This document shows positions 18,683 to 29,195 of a DNA stretch of 53,234 nt, piece by piece. A program made the translations under genes and the position numbers. The stretch is from a virus (lineage: Duplodnaviria; Caudoviricetes): positions 1-53,234 of IMG/VR virus record IMGVR_UViG_3300002092_000058; one strand, written 5' to 3'. The first letter of the stretch is position 1. Every line of letters begins with the position of its first letter. The notes under the pieces were generated by a model that was given only the letters and a program-made list of their open reading frames with translations, ran no database searches and was not told the DNA's origin.

Positions 18683-19899
18683 AATGTTTTCTCTTTAGGT
18701 TTTAAAGCGCTCATTATACTGCAACACACATTACCTATTAGCATGATAGATTTACCTACCAGGCTACCTTTATTATTGCCACCCATTTGGTGCGCCATTT
18801 CTTTTGACCATTCATTTACAATAGGCCATAAAGCGAAGGTCAGTTTAGGATTATTTTTTAATATCTCTACCGCGCCAATAGCCCATGACAAATACCATTC
18901 GCTTAGTTCTGGTTTAGCTAATAAAACCATAGCACCGTATTTTTTATCTAATGCAAAAGTTTCATCACCCATAAAACCAATGAAGTGGTAGTAAGTGCAG
19001 ATCACCGACCCAGATCTTGGTTGCGCTGCTGGTTGTGGCCCAAACACAGCATTAGGGTCAGGTGCTTGAGCGTTTTCAGTACCTTGAATTGGCTTTAACA
19101 ATGTTGATACATCAGGCACTGTGCCGACCGCTGATAACATTGTTATTTGTGATTTGTAGGCGTCCTGAAGCTGTGCAATGGAATATTGTTTGGCTTGCTG
19201 GTTCATATTAGGATTTGTCTGAATGGTAGCAATATCATTATTCAATTGCTGATTCATCCCGCCTATTTGTGATTGTAAAGATTGTTGTTGTTGCGACTGC
19301 TGACTGGATTGCTGGTTAGCAGTCGCTATATTTTGATTGTAAGCATTTTGCTGTGCATTAAACGTATTAGCCGCATTAGTTGTTTTAAATGCGTTTTCTG
19401 CATTTTGATTTGCCGATGCTGCATTAGAATATGTCGCGGCATTTTGTTCAGCAATCGGCGTGGCATTTGCAATCATGGCATTTTGAGCCGCTCCCGCAGA
19501 AATGCTTGAATTTAACAAGCCTCGCTGATTTGCGCTTGATTCGCCCGTTGATTTAGCTAATTGCATCAATGGAGAGCCGCTTGCCAATATACCGCTTAAT
19601 TGACCCGATGCAGTTTGATCGGGTGTAACATTCCATTTGGATGCGTCACCCAACTGAACATTAGAATCAAGCAATCCCTTGTAGGTTGACGGCGTGGTTA
19701 CATTATTATTAACTGGGGCTGGATTTGCGCTGACCGTATTAGAAGCATTATTTCCTGTAACAACATTTGGTGCTAATGGTGCGGACGCGCCTGTTACCGG
19801 AACCGCGTTAACAGGATTTGGCGCCGAGCCACCTGATGTTAATAATCCGTTATTTTGGCCTGCTTGATACCAGTCTGTTAGTGTTTGTGGTGATGGCAT
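18670..19899 (-). CDS. putative internal virion protein with C-terminal VICT-motif domain
   Basis: Q/N/A-rich body with RGLLNSSI motif; C-terminal GSVICTYY...YG...YLSWA domain. Confidence 0.6.
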   Translation of the reverse strand: MPSPQTLTDWYQAGQNNGLLTSGGSAPNPVNAVPVTGASAPLAPNVVTGNNASNTVSANPAPVNNNVTTPSTYKGLLDSNVQLGDASKWNVTPDQTASGQLSGILASGSPLMQLAKSTGESSANQRGLLNSSISAGAAQNAMIANATPIAEQNAATYSNAASANQNAENAFKTTNAANTFNAQQNAYNQNIATANQQSSQQSQQQQSLQSQIGGMNQQLNNDIATIQTNPNMNQQAKQYSIAQLQDAYKSQITMLSAVGTVPDVSTLLKPIQGTENAQAPDPNAVFGPQPAAQPRSGSVICTYYHFIGFMGDETFALDKKYGAMVLLAKPELSEWYLSWAIGAVEILKNNPKLTFALWPIVNEWSKEMAHQMGGNNKGSLVGKSIMLIGNVCCSIMSALKPKEKTLCQQ

Positions 19900-19904
19900 G
19901 ATAG

Positions 19905-20825
19905 TTACCTTAATTCAACCCATTGTGAAAAAGTAGTAGCCCCACCGCCGCCACTTACTGTTGATAAATAAGAAGCCCCAGAAGGCACTAGTACACTGCC
20001 GAAAGTTATTTCTTGCCCGCCTGAATTAGCATCATTAGCAATAACAAAAGAAACTCCATTTATAGTGACATTTATTTGCACACCAGAACCAGTACCTGCG
20101 GATGTGCCAAGATATAGCATAATTGGTTTATTATCTGCACCGCTTATAGTGCCATCAACGGTATTATAGTACGTTACAGAATTTTTCCTGTAGGTAGACC
20201 ACGCGCCCGCTCCAATTGCATAGGAGACATAGTTTTGCCCTAACCCTAGCACAAACGCTTGGCCTTTATTATCTACAAAAGCCGTTGTTGCAATTTTTGT
20301 AGAAATATCACTAGTTGGTTGTGTAACTCCTACTACGCTTGAACCTATTGTTCCTGTTAAATTGGTAGCATTTGTCGCGTTAGTTGCCGTTGCCGCATTT
20401 CCACCGATAGATAAAGCTGCTGCTGTTCCTGTTAGACCAGTGCCGGCACCCGCAAACCGAGTTGAGGCATTTATTGTTGTGCCATAAACAGCGTTAGGAG
20501 TAACAAGACCTAATGCAGGTGGTGCATTAAATGCCGCAGATATTGCAGAACTAACACCGCTCGATGTTGCCGCGCCAATATTAGATAGTACATCAGAATT
20601 TGAAAACGCTTGTAGCCCCGTTCCAGACGCATTAACGCCTATTAATAATTTGTTATTGCCAGTTAATATTGGCATCTTTGAAAACGAACTGCCAATTAAT
20701 GAGTATTCAGACCTTAGTACGCTTGAAGACATCGAAGATCCTGGCGTAGGATTGCCGGACGGCTGATACCAGTCAGCAGCAAAAGCTGAAAATGATAGCA
20801 AAAATAGTAATATAATTTTTTTCAT
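19905..20825 (-). CDS. tail fibre protein
   Basis: GTGLTGTAAALSIGGNAATAT repeats; TQPTSDISTKIATTAFV motif; C-terminal VPSGASY...WVELR tip; N-terminus resembles a Sec signal peptide. Confidence 0.75.
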   Translation of the reverse strand: MKKIILLFLLSFSAFAADWYQPSGNPTPGSSMSSSVLRSEYSLIGSSFSKMPILTGNNKLLIGVNASGTGLQAFSNSDVLSNIGAATSSGVSSAISAAFNAPPALGLVTPNAVYGTTINASTRFAGAGTGLTGTAAALSIGGNAATATNATNATNLTGTIGSSVVGVTQPTSDISTKIATTAFVDNKGQAFVLGLGQNYVSYAIGAGAWSTYRKNSVTYYNTVDGTISGADNKPIMLYLGTSAGTGSGVQINVTINGVSFVIANDANSGGQEITFGSVLVPSGASYLSTVSGGGGATTFSQWVELR

Positions 20826-20922
20826 TTAATTTATTCCGTATGTAGGATAAGCAATTATAGTCATTAATGTTTCACTGGTTTAATTTATAACTGTTTGTGT
20901 TGTCACGCATTGCCTCGCCCTT

Positions 20923-21102
20923 TCATAAGTTATTTATTTCTATTTTTTCGGCTTCTAAGTTAGCTAAATTAGATTCTTCTTGATACTTAATTTGAGCATT
21001 AATATAATCAAACATCGGAGCGGCAATTTTAAATGGCAACTCTTGCAACGCTTGATTAATAACGATAAGTTGCTCCTGAGAGAAAGTAAATTTATATTGC
21101 AT
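20923..21102 (-). CDS. small tail-fibre chaperone-like protein (59 aa; not in ORF track)
   Basis: MQYKFTFSQEQLIVINQALQELPFKIAAPMFDYINAQI...; this motif is typical of small genes following fibres; SD AGGA. Confidence 0.7.
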   Translation of the reverse strand: MQYKFTFSQEQLIVINQALQELPFKIAAPMFDYINAQIKYQEESNLANLEAEKIEINNL

Positions 21103-21110
21103 AATTTATC

Positions 21111-22334
21111 CTAGTTGTAATAAGGGATTTTTATTTGTGTAGTACCGAAATACGCTATCAAATAGCCGAGGGGCGTAGCTGGTAAAGAAGAAGCACCTCC
21201 TGCCACCCCCACCGAAGTTGTTACAGTATTTCCTAGGGTTAATGTAGATGCAATGCCACTTGCGGCATTTGATGCTCTAATGTTTGCCCCCATAATGTTT
21301 CCACCAGATGTAACACTTGTCGCAGTTACTCCGCCAAGTGTGTCAAGTTTAAATAAATTACTGCTGTTTGTTGAATTTACGCATCGTAAAAAATAACTGG
21401 ATGCGGCTGGGGATGTATTTGCCTGTAAAAATAAAGTGTCCGTGCTAGCGGAATTTTGTTGGGCAGATAAAACAGAACTTGCGGCAACACTCCCGCTTCC
21501 GTATAGAATTCCCACATCCGAATTTCTAATAACTATTCCGTACCTCCAATTTGTGTTTGTTTCACTTGTAGGAGATCTAGATATATAGAGTGCTGAATCG
21601 GGCTGGGTAGTACCCACCCCTGTAATAACTATCCCTCTTACTACAGCGGATGTACTATAGCTATTAACATCCATTTCGATGCCTTGATATTCACCTCCAG
21701 CCGTTGGCTTTGCTGTAAGTAGAAAATTAGCCGCCCAAACATTTGAATTTACATTAGACCCAGATCCGCTCGCTCCCGCGTAAATACCAACAGACTGACC
21801 GACATAACCATTAGGTTGCTCCATTTCGACTGATAAGGCAGCTATGCCACCATAGTAATTACCTACAGAATCATATGGGCTAGCGGTAGAAGAACAACTA
21901 TAAATATAAGGGCCAACCGCTATTTGCCCTCCGTTTGTCCCCATGTTTGGGAAAAAATTAATACCATAACCTGTTCCTGCTCCCGTAAAAGTAGCACTAG
22001 GGGATATATCCCACACAATAGATTTAATCCCGTGATAATAAGACCCTAAGTTCGACGATAATACATAATTGCCATCAGGTACTTTTATCGATCCACCATT
22101 TGACGGACTCGCATTTATCGCGCTAATAAAGGCGCTTGTATCATCAGTAACACCGTCACCAACTGCACCAAAATCTTTAACAGATACCTCCTCGTTTAGT
22201 TTTAAAACTAATTGACGAGTCACTCCGTCGCTAAATCCATTGTTAAATGCTATTAGCGAAGATGGCAAATTATCACCAGCCTGCAATTCTTCTATTTGTG
22301 TACCTGATAGTACCAGTGGATATTTTGATGTCAT
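21111..22334 (-). CDS. tailspike/tail fibre with pectate-lyase-like N-terminal motif
   Basis: [20 protein letters not shown]...IKVPDGNY; C-terminal [14 protein letters not shown]...KIPYY. Confidence 0.8.
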   Translation of the reverse strand: MTSKYPLVLSGTQIEELQAGDNLPSSLIAFNNGFSDGVTRQLVLKLNEEVSVKDFGAVGDGVTDDTSAFISAINASPSNGGSIKVPDGNYVLSSNLGSYYHGIKSIVWDISPSATFTGAGTGYGINFFPNMGTNGGQIAVGPYIYSCSSTASPYDSVGNYYGGIAALSVEMEQPNGYVGQSVGIYAGASGSGSNVNSNVWAANFLLTAKPTAGGEYQGIEMDVNSYSTSAVVRGIVITGVGTTQPDSALYISRSPTSETNTNWRYGIVIRNSDVGILYGSGSVAASSVLSAQQNSASTDTLFLQANTSPAASSYFLRCVNSTNSSNLFKLDTLGGVTATSVTSGGNIMGANIRASNAASGIASTLTLGNTVTTSVGVAGGASSLPATPLGYLIAYFGTTQIKIPYYN

Positions 22335-22346
22335 ATTAATTATCTC

Positions 22347-24695
22347 TTATCGAAGCATACGTTGCGGCGAATACTCAAGTAGTGCGCCGCTAAATTTTAT
22401 TGATGCAAAAGAATTGCTAGATGATGATATCTTTAATGATATATTCATTCCGTCACCATCTATTGCCATTGTGGTATTTGTTACTGGCGCGCCGTCCCAT
22501 ATTGCGTTTGAGTCCCACCTGATACCGCTATCCCAATTAAATGACCCTATATTTACCTTGTTAATAGAATCAAGTTCTTGAGCATAGTCGGTTGATGCGT
22601 AATTTAAGTCGTAATTTGTATTGTATTCAGCGTAGCCATTACCAACCATTTCAAATGTAAGTCTACGGTAGCGTTTTAACATTCGGTATGATTGTGTATT
22701 ATTAAAGACTAGATCAATAAACGCAGTAATTGGCTGCCCATCAAAACTAGTGCCTTTTTCCATTTGCATAACATAGCCATTGTATGTCCCCATAAATACA
22801 ATATCAGGGCCGCCGCCATAAATTTCAGAAGAAACCGAGCATGTCATTATGTCGGTAAACTGCACAGGCATAAAAGAATTAACTTTCTCACTTAGTGTCA
22901 GGTAAATTCCAGAGCCGTCATTAAAAAACATTCTGTACTGCTGCTTATCTCTTAGTGCATGAGAGTCAACAAATGAGTTGCGCTTGTTTGCTAGTAGGGT
23001 TTTTACGCGCTGGCTAATTGTTGCTTCAGTAAAGTTACCATAATTTAATGTTGTGTTTAAGTTGGTTATGCCCCGATCATCGTAAACAAAAACACGCCCG
23101 TTTATATTTTGCGGCGAATACGCAATTGCGCCCGCAGAATCATTAAAGCTTATTAGTTGCCATGTGGAATTAGAATTGCCATACAGCATATAAGTGTGAT
23201 TTCGGCAATATATCGCTAATGACGGAGATGTTTCGTTGCCTGGCTGCCTAACTAAACTAGTAATTTCATCGCCAACACCCAGCTCAACCGCTTGATTAAT
23301 AGCTTGCCAATTATAAGGATCTCCAATTGCGCTAATTTGAAGCGAGCAAGAATAAGAGTACACCAAGTATTTTTGATGAATGGTTACATGCTGAGGCGTA
23401 TCGTATAATGACCCTGTATGAATTTGCACAAAAGTTGCCCCGTCAAATTCAAAGCCATAATTTTTGCCATCGACTCCATAAACTTTAGATGTAGTTGCGC
23501 CGCCAAAAAAGTTGTCAATATATAATTCATATCTGCCATTTTGGTTAGGTATTGATATATCTGATTGACCAGCACAAGTAGCCGTTATCCCTGCCGTAAA
23601 TGCGCCTGCTGTAAATGTATTATTTACAGACCAGAATATTAGTCGTCCTTGCGCTGTTCCTACGGAAAAAGTACCAGACTCGACCGTTATAGCTCTTAAT
23701 ATCCCATTTGCTGTGCCTTTTGCAATAGTGCCACCTATTGCTGGCTGTGCTCCACTTCCGCTTGAATAAGCTACTTCAATTCCTAAATTTACAGGCAGCC
23801 ACCCATTGTTTGATGATGCAAATAAACCGACACCGCCATCTAATAAATTACGAAAAGCATATACAATGCCTTTATAGTAAAAAACCCCAAGAACTGGCCC
23901 AGAACATACCGCAATTGGAATTAATACTGATCCAGAGCGTAATAATACTGATGATCCAGAGCGTAATAAAACAGATACTACAGAAGCATTTACAAATGAA
24001 CCATCAGCTAGCTTTACTGTTGTTGCATTACTGCTTACGACAATAGGCGTCATTGATCCAGAGCGTAATAATACTGATGATCCAGAGCGTAATAAAACAG
24101 ATACTACAGAAGCATTTACAAATGAACCATCAGCTAGCTTTACTGTTATTACATTACTGCTTACAACAATAGGCGTCATTAATCCAGATCTTGTGACAAT
24201 ACTAAGTCCACCACCAACTTCAGAAATTATTTGTCGATAATAATCTGAAGCAAGAGATTGATAGTAACTTGTTGAGCTGTCTATTGCCGAGCCAATAAAA
24301 GCGCCATCAGTTATATGGATATCAGTATTGATAATGTAATCATCTAACCAATCTCCAACAATGTCGGTCACAATTAATTGTGTTGGCGTTACATATAATA
24401 AATAAGCGTAACTAGGGTTTGTTGACGATATTGGATTGCCAGCAACAAGGCTTGATGCGTTTCCCGTGTAATTTAAATAGTAAAATGCCGATGATGACGG
24501 CGTTTTCTCTGAGCCATTAAACCTTTCGTACCCTGTGATTGTTGCATAACCACCCAGAACATCTTCTTCAAAATTCTGCGCTCTTCTGCAAAATCCTGTT
24601 GGAATTGTGATCTGTGGGGACGTAATATCTAGGCCGCCCGTAAAATTAATAAAATCCGACTTATGTGGATTAATCGGCAGTCTTTTTATTTTCAC
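22347..24695 (-). CDS. tail nozzle / tail tubular protein B-like
   Basis: 782 aa beta-rich; N-terminal NFTGGLD motif; follows the adaptor gene. Confidence 0.7.
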   Translation of the reverse strand: MKIKRLPINPHKSDFINFTGGLDITSPQITIPTGFCRRAQNFEEDVLGGYATITGYERFNGSEKTPSSSAFYYLNYTGNASSLVAGNPISSTNPSYAYLLYVTPTQLIVTDIVGDWLDDYIINTDIHITDGAFIGSAIDSSTSYYQSLASDYYRQIISEVGGGLSIVTRSGLMTPIVVSSNVITVKLADGSFVNASVVSVLLRSGSSVLLRSGSMTPIVVSSNATTVKLADGSFVNASVVSVLLRSGSSVLLRSGSVLIPIAVCSGPVLGVFYYKGIVYAFRNLLDGGVGLFASSNNGWLPVNLGIEVAYSSGSGAQPAIGGTIAKGTANGILRAITVESGTFSVGTAQGRLIFWSVNNTFTAGAFTAGITATCAGQSDISIPNQNGRYELYIDNFFGGATTSKVYGVDGKNYGFEFDGATFVQIHTGSLYDTPQHVTIHQKYLVYSYSCSLQISAIGDPYNWQAINQAVELGVGDEITSLVRQPGNETSPSLAIYCRNHTYMLYGNSNSTWQLISFNDSAGAIAYSPQNINGRVFVYDDRGITNLNTTLNYGNFTEATISQRVKTLLANKRNSFVDSHALRDKQQYRMFFNDGSGIYLTLSEKVNSFMPVQFTDIMTCSVSSEIYGGGPDIVFMGTYNGYVMQMEKGTSFDGQPITAFIDLVFNNTQSYRMLKRYRRLTFEMVGNGYAEYNTNYDLNYASTDYAQELDSINKVNIGSFNWDSGIRWDSNAIWDGAPVTNTTMAIDGDGMNISLKISSSSNSFASIKFSGALLEYSPQRMLR
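23928..24179. repeat. 126-bp tandem duplication containing a 24-bp internal duplication
   Basis: Copies start at 23928 and 24054; encodes MTPIVVSSN..TVKLADGSFVNASVVSVLLRSGSSVLLRSGS twice. Confidence 0.95.
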
Positions 24696-25384
24696 GCAAG
24701 CGCACCGCCATGAGTAATTTGTTCAGACCAATCAGCTTCAAGTTTGCCTATTAATCTACCGTATTGTTGCTGTCCAAATGCAAATAAAGCGGGTTCGCTT
24801 ACGTAGTCTGCATATCGCATAAGTGCGTTATACACAATGGCCATGTGATTTGTGTCAAAAATCGGTTCGTCTGTATCATTAACCATAACATGTGGCTTTT
24901 GATAGTATTCACCGCGCACATAATACTGAACTGAGTTATCAGGCGTAGGCCATACCTGAATCTCTTTTGACGGTGTTAAAGTAAATTCTATTGGCCTACC
25001 TGTTTGCAAACTGCTTGCGCCTCTTAATCGGTTATCTCTGAATAAATCCCAGTCGCGATTAGGCAGCCACAATTCATCACTAAATCTAACTGTGTCTGTA
25101 TAAATTCTTAAGCTGTTACGCCTAAAGTTTTTTACATCACCACCGTTTAAAATTAATGTACTAGCTGTTCTTGGGTAAACATTAATGCTATTGATTAATA
25201 TCAGCTGAAACCCAAACCGATGAAACCGCCATTCAAGATTTTTATTTTGAATATCTTCATAAGCTAATGCCGTCCATGAAACCAATCTACCTAGCTCACC
25301 AGATTGATTGATGACAGTATCCGGACCTGTTCCAGCTATGCCTGCTTCAAGGCGCAATTGCTGCACTAGCTGTAAAAAATTCAT
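24692..25384 (-). CDS. head-tail adaptor / tail tubular protein A-like
   Basis: MNFLQLVQQLR...GRPIEF...VWPTPD...Y motifs; gene position. Confidence 0.75.
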   Translation of the reverse strand: MNFLQLVQQLRLEAGIAGTGPDTVINQSGELGRLVSWTALAYEDIQNKNLEWRFHRFGFQLILINSINVYPRTASTLILNGGDVKNFRRNSLRIYTDTVRFSDELWLPNRDWDLFRDNRLRGASSLQTGRPIEFTLTPSKEIQVWPTPDNSVQYYVRGEYYQKPHVMVNDTDEPIFDTNHMAIVYNALMRYADYVSEPALFAFGQQQYGRLIGKLEADWSEQITHGGALA

Positions 25385-25390
25385 TGGTAA

Positions 25391-25870
25391 CTATGAAGCT
25401 TGCATTAAAATATTTTCAAGCCATCTAAACCCTTTATCACCCGCAGGGTCATGAAGCACATGAAACGCATCAGCAAGTGACCATGTTTTTACAATCTTTG
25501 TGGCTTTGTCGCCATTGGCATCAATGTATTCAGGTGTTTGAATAGTGTATGGCCTTGCTCTTGCAAGCGCCTCAACAAACATACGCTTAACTTTTTGTTT
25601 TGCCCCGCGCTGAAATAGCTGGGGAACGCCTTGTACATAAACTTGCACAAATTGGCTTTGCTTGCTATCTGAAATAGGAAGCTCTACTGTTAAAATATCT
25701 TTCATAAACTTTTCAGTTTCATGAAAATCTTTAAATTCAGCTTCTTGTACCACTTCAAACTTATCGTTGAACATTTCATCACCGCGATAAATTTCTTCAG
25801 TCATTGGTATTTCAATTTCTTGCGTGGTGTTGGTGTTAAATTCTTCGGTGCTAACTGCTTTTTGTCGCAT
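25391..25870 (-). CDS. conserved-type phage hypothetical protein
   Basis: RGAKQKVKRMFVEALARA...DPAGDKGFRWL; position after capsid genes. Confidence 0.65.
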   Translation of the reverse strand: MRQKAVSTEEFNTNTTQEIEIPMTEEIYRGDEMFNDKFEVVQEAEFKDFHETEKFMKDILTVELPISDSKQSQFVQVYVQGVPQLFQRGAKQKVKRMFVEALARARPYTIQTPEYIDANGDKATKIVKTWSLADAFHVLHDPAGDKGFRWLENILMQAS

Positions 25871-25880
25871 AGTATTACTC

Positions 25881-25903
25881 CAAAATAATCAACGGCTACA
25901 TGA
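25881..25903. terminator. hairpin downstream of capsid-associated genes
   Basis: AACGGCTA-CATGATA-TAGCCGTT inverted repeat (coordinates approximate, within 25871-25918). Confidence 0.4.
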
Positions 25904-25918
25904 TATAGCCGTTTAATA

Positions 25919-26578
25919 TTAAATTACTAAATTAGGGCGTGCTGGTAATCCAGCTAATGGGTAAACTGTAGTAGTGATACCTGAAGCATCCCATGCAGTT
26001 GTGCCAAAAGTAAACACTGAAGTTGCCGAACCCGCCGCGTTTTTAACCGTGAAATAAGCGACTGGGGTAACATTGTCAGGAATAGATGGAAACACCAATA
26101 CGCCATTCCCGCCGTTTTGACCAACCAAGTTTTCTGCGCCTAATAAATTACCATTAAGGTCAAGATAAGCAGGTGACCCCACAATCGCTACGATACCCAC
26201 CGTTCCTGTCGCATTGAACGGAACGGATGTATTAGCAACGCCATTAACTGTCGCCAAGTTAGCCATTGCAAGCACAACTACTGCCGCTTGACCATAGTTA
26301 ACTGATGAAGTTACGGCATTAATTACGGTTGTAAAACTACCCGAAGCTAATATAGGAGCTGGCGTTCCTGCGCTAACTAATGTTGCGCCGGCACTATTAA
26401 TATAAATAGGTGTTTTAGCGCCTGCTGTTATAGTTTTAACATAGCCATTGTTTGAAGCTGTTGGAACACTACCCGTTGCAATAGCTGTAAATGTTACAGT
26501 TGCAGCCCCTGATGTTGCCGTTACTGTGGTTGTTGGAAAGTTTAAATCTAAACCATAAATATCTGATGGTTGAGCCAT
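25919..26578 (-). CDS. capsid-associated/decoration protein
   Basis: T/A/G-rich beta protein ending FTFGTTAW...LPARP; lies just after the MCP. Confidence 0.6.
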   Translation of the reverse strand: MAQPSDIYGLDLNFPTTTVTATSGAATVTFTAIATGSVPTASNNGYVKTITAGAKTPIYINSAGATLVSAGTPAPILASGSFTTVINAVTSSVNYGQAAVVVLAMANLATVNGVANTSVPFNATGTVGIVAIVGSPAYLDLNGNLLGAENLVGQNGGNGVLVFPSIPDNVTPVAYFTVKNAAGSATSVFTFGTTAWDASGITTTVYPLAGLPARPNLVI

Positions 26579-26588
26579 GATAATCCCC

Positions 26589-27098
26589 CTAGTGTGTAAA
26601 TAGATTAGTACCTGTAATGGGTACTGCTGTTAATGTTGCGCCATTAGATACACTTGCCGCCGCGTTAGCAGTTTGAGCGCCTGACCATGTGACTGATGTA
26701 CTTGCGTTAGTAAATGTTGCAGAAACCGTATTACCGTTACTTAAGTACAAACTGTATGTACCTGTTGCCAATAGCCAGTTACTTGTTAATGTGCCTGATG
26801 TTGCCGCCGATAATGCCGCAGTAAAGTTAATGCCAAAGCTTAAAGGGCTATCTGAGCCATAAGTATTTCGATAGATTCCTGTAAACGCCGTGCCCGTAAT
26901 AGCTGACCCGCCCGCCGCAGTTGCTATTGCGTCAAGTTTTGCAAGTAAAGCATTATGGTTGGCTTCCATTGTCGATAAGTCTGTATATAAAGACCTAAAT
27001 AATAAAGCTAGCGCTTTACCATCATTTTTGTTTGATAACTTATTTAAAATGTTATTAAGCGATTGCTGTGGGGTTAATGGTGTTGCTAATGATGCCAT
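26589..27098 (-). CDS. virion-associated protein
   Basis: Helical NHNALLAKLD segment plus Thr/Ser-rich beta domain; strong SD AGGAG. Confidence 0.6.
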   Translation of the reverse strand: MASLATPLTPQQSLNNILNKLSNKNDGKALALLFRSLYTDLSTMEANHNALLAKLDAIATAAGGSAITGTAFTGIYRNTYGSDSPLSFGINFTAALSAATSGTLTSNWLLATGTYSLYLSNGNTVSATFTNASTSVTWSGAQTANAAASVSNGATLTAVPITGTNLFTH

Positions 27099-27139
27099 GT
27101 GTTATCTCCTAAATAATGCACTTCCTTGTGCAATAATGA

Positions 27140-28228
27140 TTAAAGGCCAGTTACACCAGCTTCTAACACAGCAATCCAGCCTTGATTTAACACGCCGCAA
27201 GTATGCCAAAACTTGGCCCCAATATAACCACGCTGACCGCCTGGATCGTTCTTATCTTTTTGGCCTGGGGGTAAATAGATAGGATCAATAGCCGCAGCAC
27301 CTCTTAATGATACTTGTGCAAATGCTTGTTTAGACAAGAAAATAAAAGGATAGATGTCTATGTTAGAGCCTCCAGCAGATTGCAAGCCAGTTGTTCCAAC
27401 TGCGCCACCGCCTGCATAAATAGGCTGTAATTCGGGGGAAACAATGAATCGAATACGCTGCCAAGTACCTAGCTCATAATCAGATATTGGTGTGCGCGTG
27501 CCGTAAGCAGCAACCTCTCTAAAGCCCGGCAATCTACGGATATCGTATTCAGCGTCAGTATGTACATAACATACATAAGCTGCTTCAACGGGTGTAGTGC
27601 CAAAGCTAGTAGAGGGCGATAATATTTTAGTGATTTGCTTAGCGTGATTGGCTAACAAAGATCGCGCAATTTTAGAAACCCATCTTTCTTGAATAGGTAA
27701 ATTTACGTTTGCACGAGTTGTTGCTATTGTTGCACCTGATAAACCAGCATAAAAACGGTTAGTACTGTTTTTCATTTGACCGTAAATAGCCATTTCACGC
27801 ACTAAGCCCATGCGTTCGCCCGTCTGCTCTTTCATGGCCTCGGGAATATTATCTTCGTAGATGTCGAAGTCTTTATCAGTTAGCGCATAAAGTGCCATGT
27901 ACTGATTTAATATCATCGTAACATCACGGGGAACAATAGTGTCAGCCGCAGGGGTCACGCCTTCTTGCGTAATATGAGATGATGCAAAGTTATCACCCGA
28001 CAATTGCACGCCTTGCGAGTTAGTGCCCGCAAAAAATGTATTAGGGTTTGAAACTGTACCGCCGTAAGGAACCCAAGAACGAAAAATGATAGTGTCACTT
28101 TTATTCTTAGGCATTTCTTTTTGATCAATGGCCGGTGTTAAAACTTCGGTCGCTTGAGCGTGCCCCATAATTTCACCAGCCATTTTACCAATACGAGAAG
28201 GACTCGTATCATAATATTGAATAGCCAT
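27140..28228 (-). CDS. major capsid protein (N4-gp56 family, HK97 fold)
   Basis: MPKNKSDTIIFR, ITQEGVTP, KNDPGGQRGYIGAKFW motifs. Confidence 0.9.
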   Translation of the reverse strand: MAIQYYDTSPSRIGKMAGEIMGHAQATEVLTPAIDQKEMPKNKSDTIIFRSWVPYGGTVSNPNTFFAGTNSQGVQLSGDNFASSHITQEGVTPAADTIVPRDVTMILNQYMALYALTDKDFDIYEDNIPEAMKEQTGERMGLVREMAIYGQMKNSTNRFYAGLSGATIATTRANVNLPIQERWVSKIARSLLANHAKQITKILSPSTSFGTTPVEAAYVCYVHTDAEYDIRRLPGFREVAAYGTRTPISDYELGTWQRIRFIVSPELQPIYAGGGAVGTTGLQSAGGSNIDIYPFIFLSKQAFAQVSLRGAAAIDPIYLPPGQKDKNDPGGQRGYIGAKFWHTCGVLNQGWIAVLEAGVTGL

Positions 28229-28323
28229 AATCTTTTATCCTTTTATACATATACCAAGACAGTCAGCGAACCAACTATCAAAATGTTACAAACTGGCTTT
28301 CAAATAGCCAGTCTGAGTGTTTA

Positions 28324-29178
28324 TTAAATTCTTCTTGCCTTTGTTACAGAGTTTAAGCCTGCGGTAAAAGCGTCTTCAACTTCAAGCGTAGATGTTCTTT
28401 GAGTCATCCCAGCATTCTTAGCTGGAACAGCCGCTAACAATCTTTCTTGTTTTTTTGTCTCAGCTTCTGCTTTCTTTGCTTCCCAAAGCTTAAATGCAGT
28501 AACAATTTTAGACATTTCTAATCCATCCCAAGTATTCTTCATTCTTTCAACCGAGGCTTTCCCTTTGTCATTTAATGAAGCGTACCATTCATTAGCAAAC
28601 TCTGGCTTATTTACCGAGTCGCGCCAATCAGGATGAGCTATTGTTAATAGCTTTTCTTCGGTGGCCTGCTGATGCTGAACAAACTGCTCTCTTAACGCAG
28701 TTAATTCAAACGCAGTTAATTCATTATTACCGTTTTGACCGCCTAGGTTTAGCCCTGCTAAATCTTGCGCTAGTTTTTCAGCAAAATCATCATCACCAAA
28801 ATATTCGGCTGTATTCTTAAATACATCTTTAGTAATTGGTGCCGATGCCGTTTGCTTTAACGCTTCAAGCTCTCGTAATTTTTGCTCTAGCGTCCCGATC
28901 TTTCCAAAAGCCGTGTCATGAGTTTTTGTTAGTCGCTTTTCTAAATCATCATACAAAGATGCTTTTTGTTTTATCTCTTCCCAGTCATTCTGGCTTATTC
29001 CAAAAGCTGATTCAACTTTGCTTTTTTCTTCGCTTGCAATATCTTCATTATTGCCAAGCGTTTCAGCAACGCCGCTTTCAAAATATTCTTTTTCTAGCTC
29101 TTCCTCGGACGGCTTTAAAAGCTCTTGATCTTCAACGTCATCGTTAAAATTGCTATTTGATTCATAAATGTCAGTCAT
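28324..29178 (-). CDS. capsid scaffolding protein
   Basis: Acidic N-terminus, coiled coil, HPDW motif; directly upstream of the MCP. Confidence 0.75.
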   Translation of the reverse strand: MTDIYESNSNFNDDVEDQELLKPSEEELEKEYFESGVAETLGNNEDIASEEKSKVESAFGISQNDWEEIKQKASLYDDLEKRLTKTHDTAFGKIGTLEQKLRELEALKQTASAPITKDVFKNTAEYFGDDDFAEKLAQDLAGLNLGGQNGNNELTAFELTALREQFVQHQQATEEKLLTIAHPDWRDSVNKPEFANEWYASLNDKGKASVERMKNTWDGLEMSKIVTAFKLWEAKKAEAETKKQERLLAAVPAKNAGMTQRTSTLEVEDAFTAGLNSVTKARRI

Positions 29179-29195
29179 TATTGATAGCCCTTTGG

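Noticed and set aside
19905-22334. Diversity-generating retroelement or invertible tail-fibre cassette
   Set aside because: No RT, no TR/VR pair differing at adenines, and no invertase or flanking inverted repeats seen.
27099-27150. Programmed frameshift extending the major capsid protein
   Set aside because: No canonical slippery heptamer at the stop, and the downstream gene has its own strong SD.
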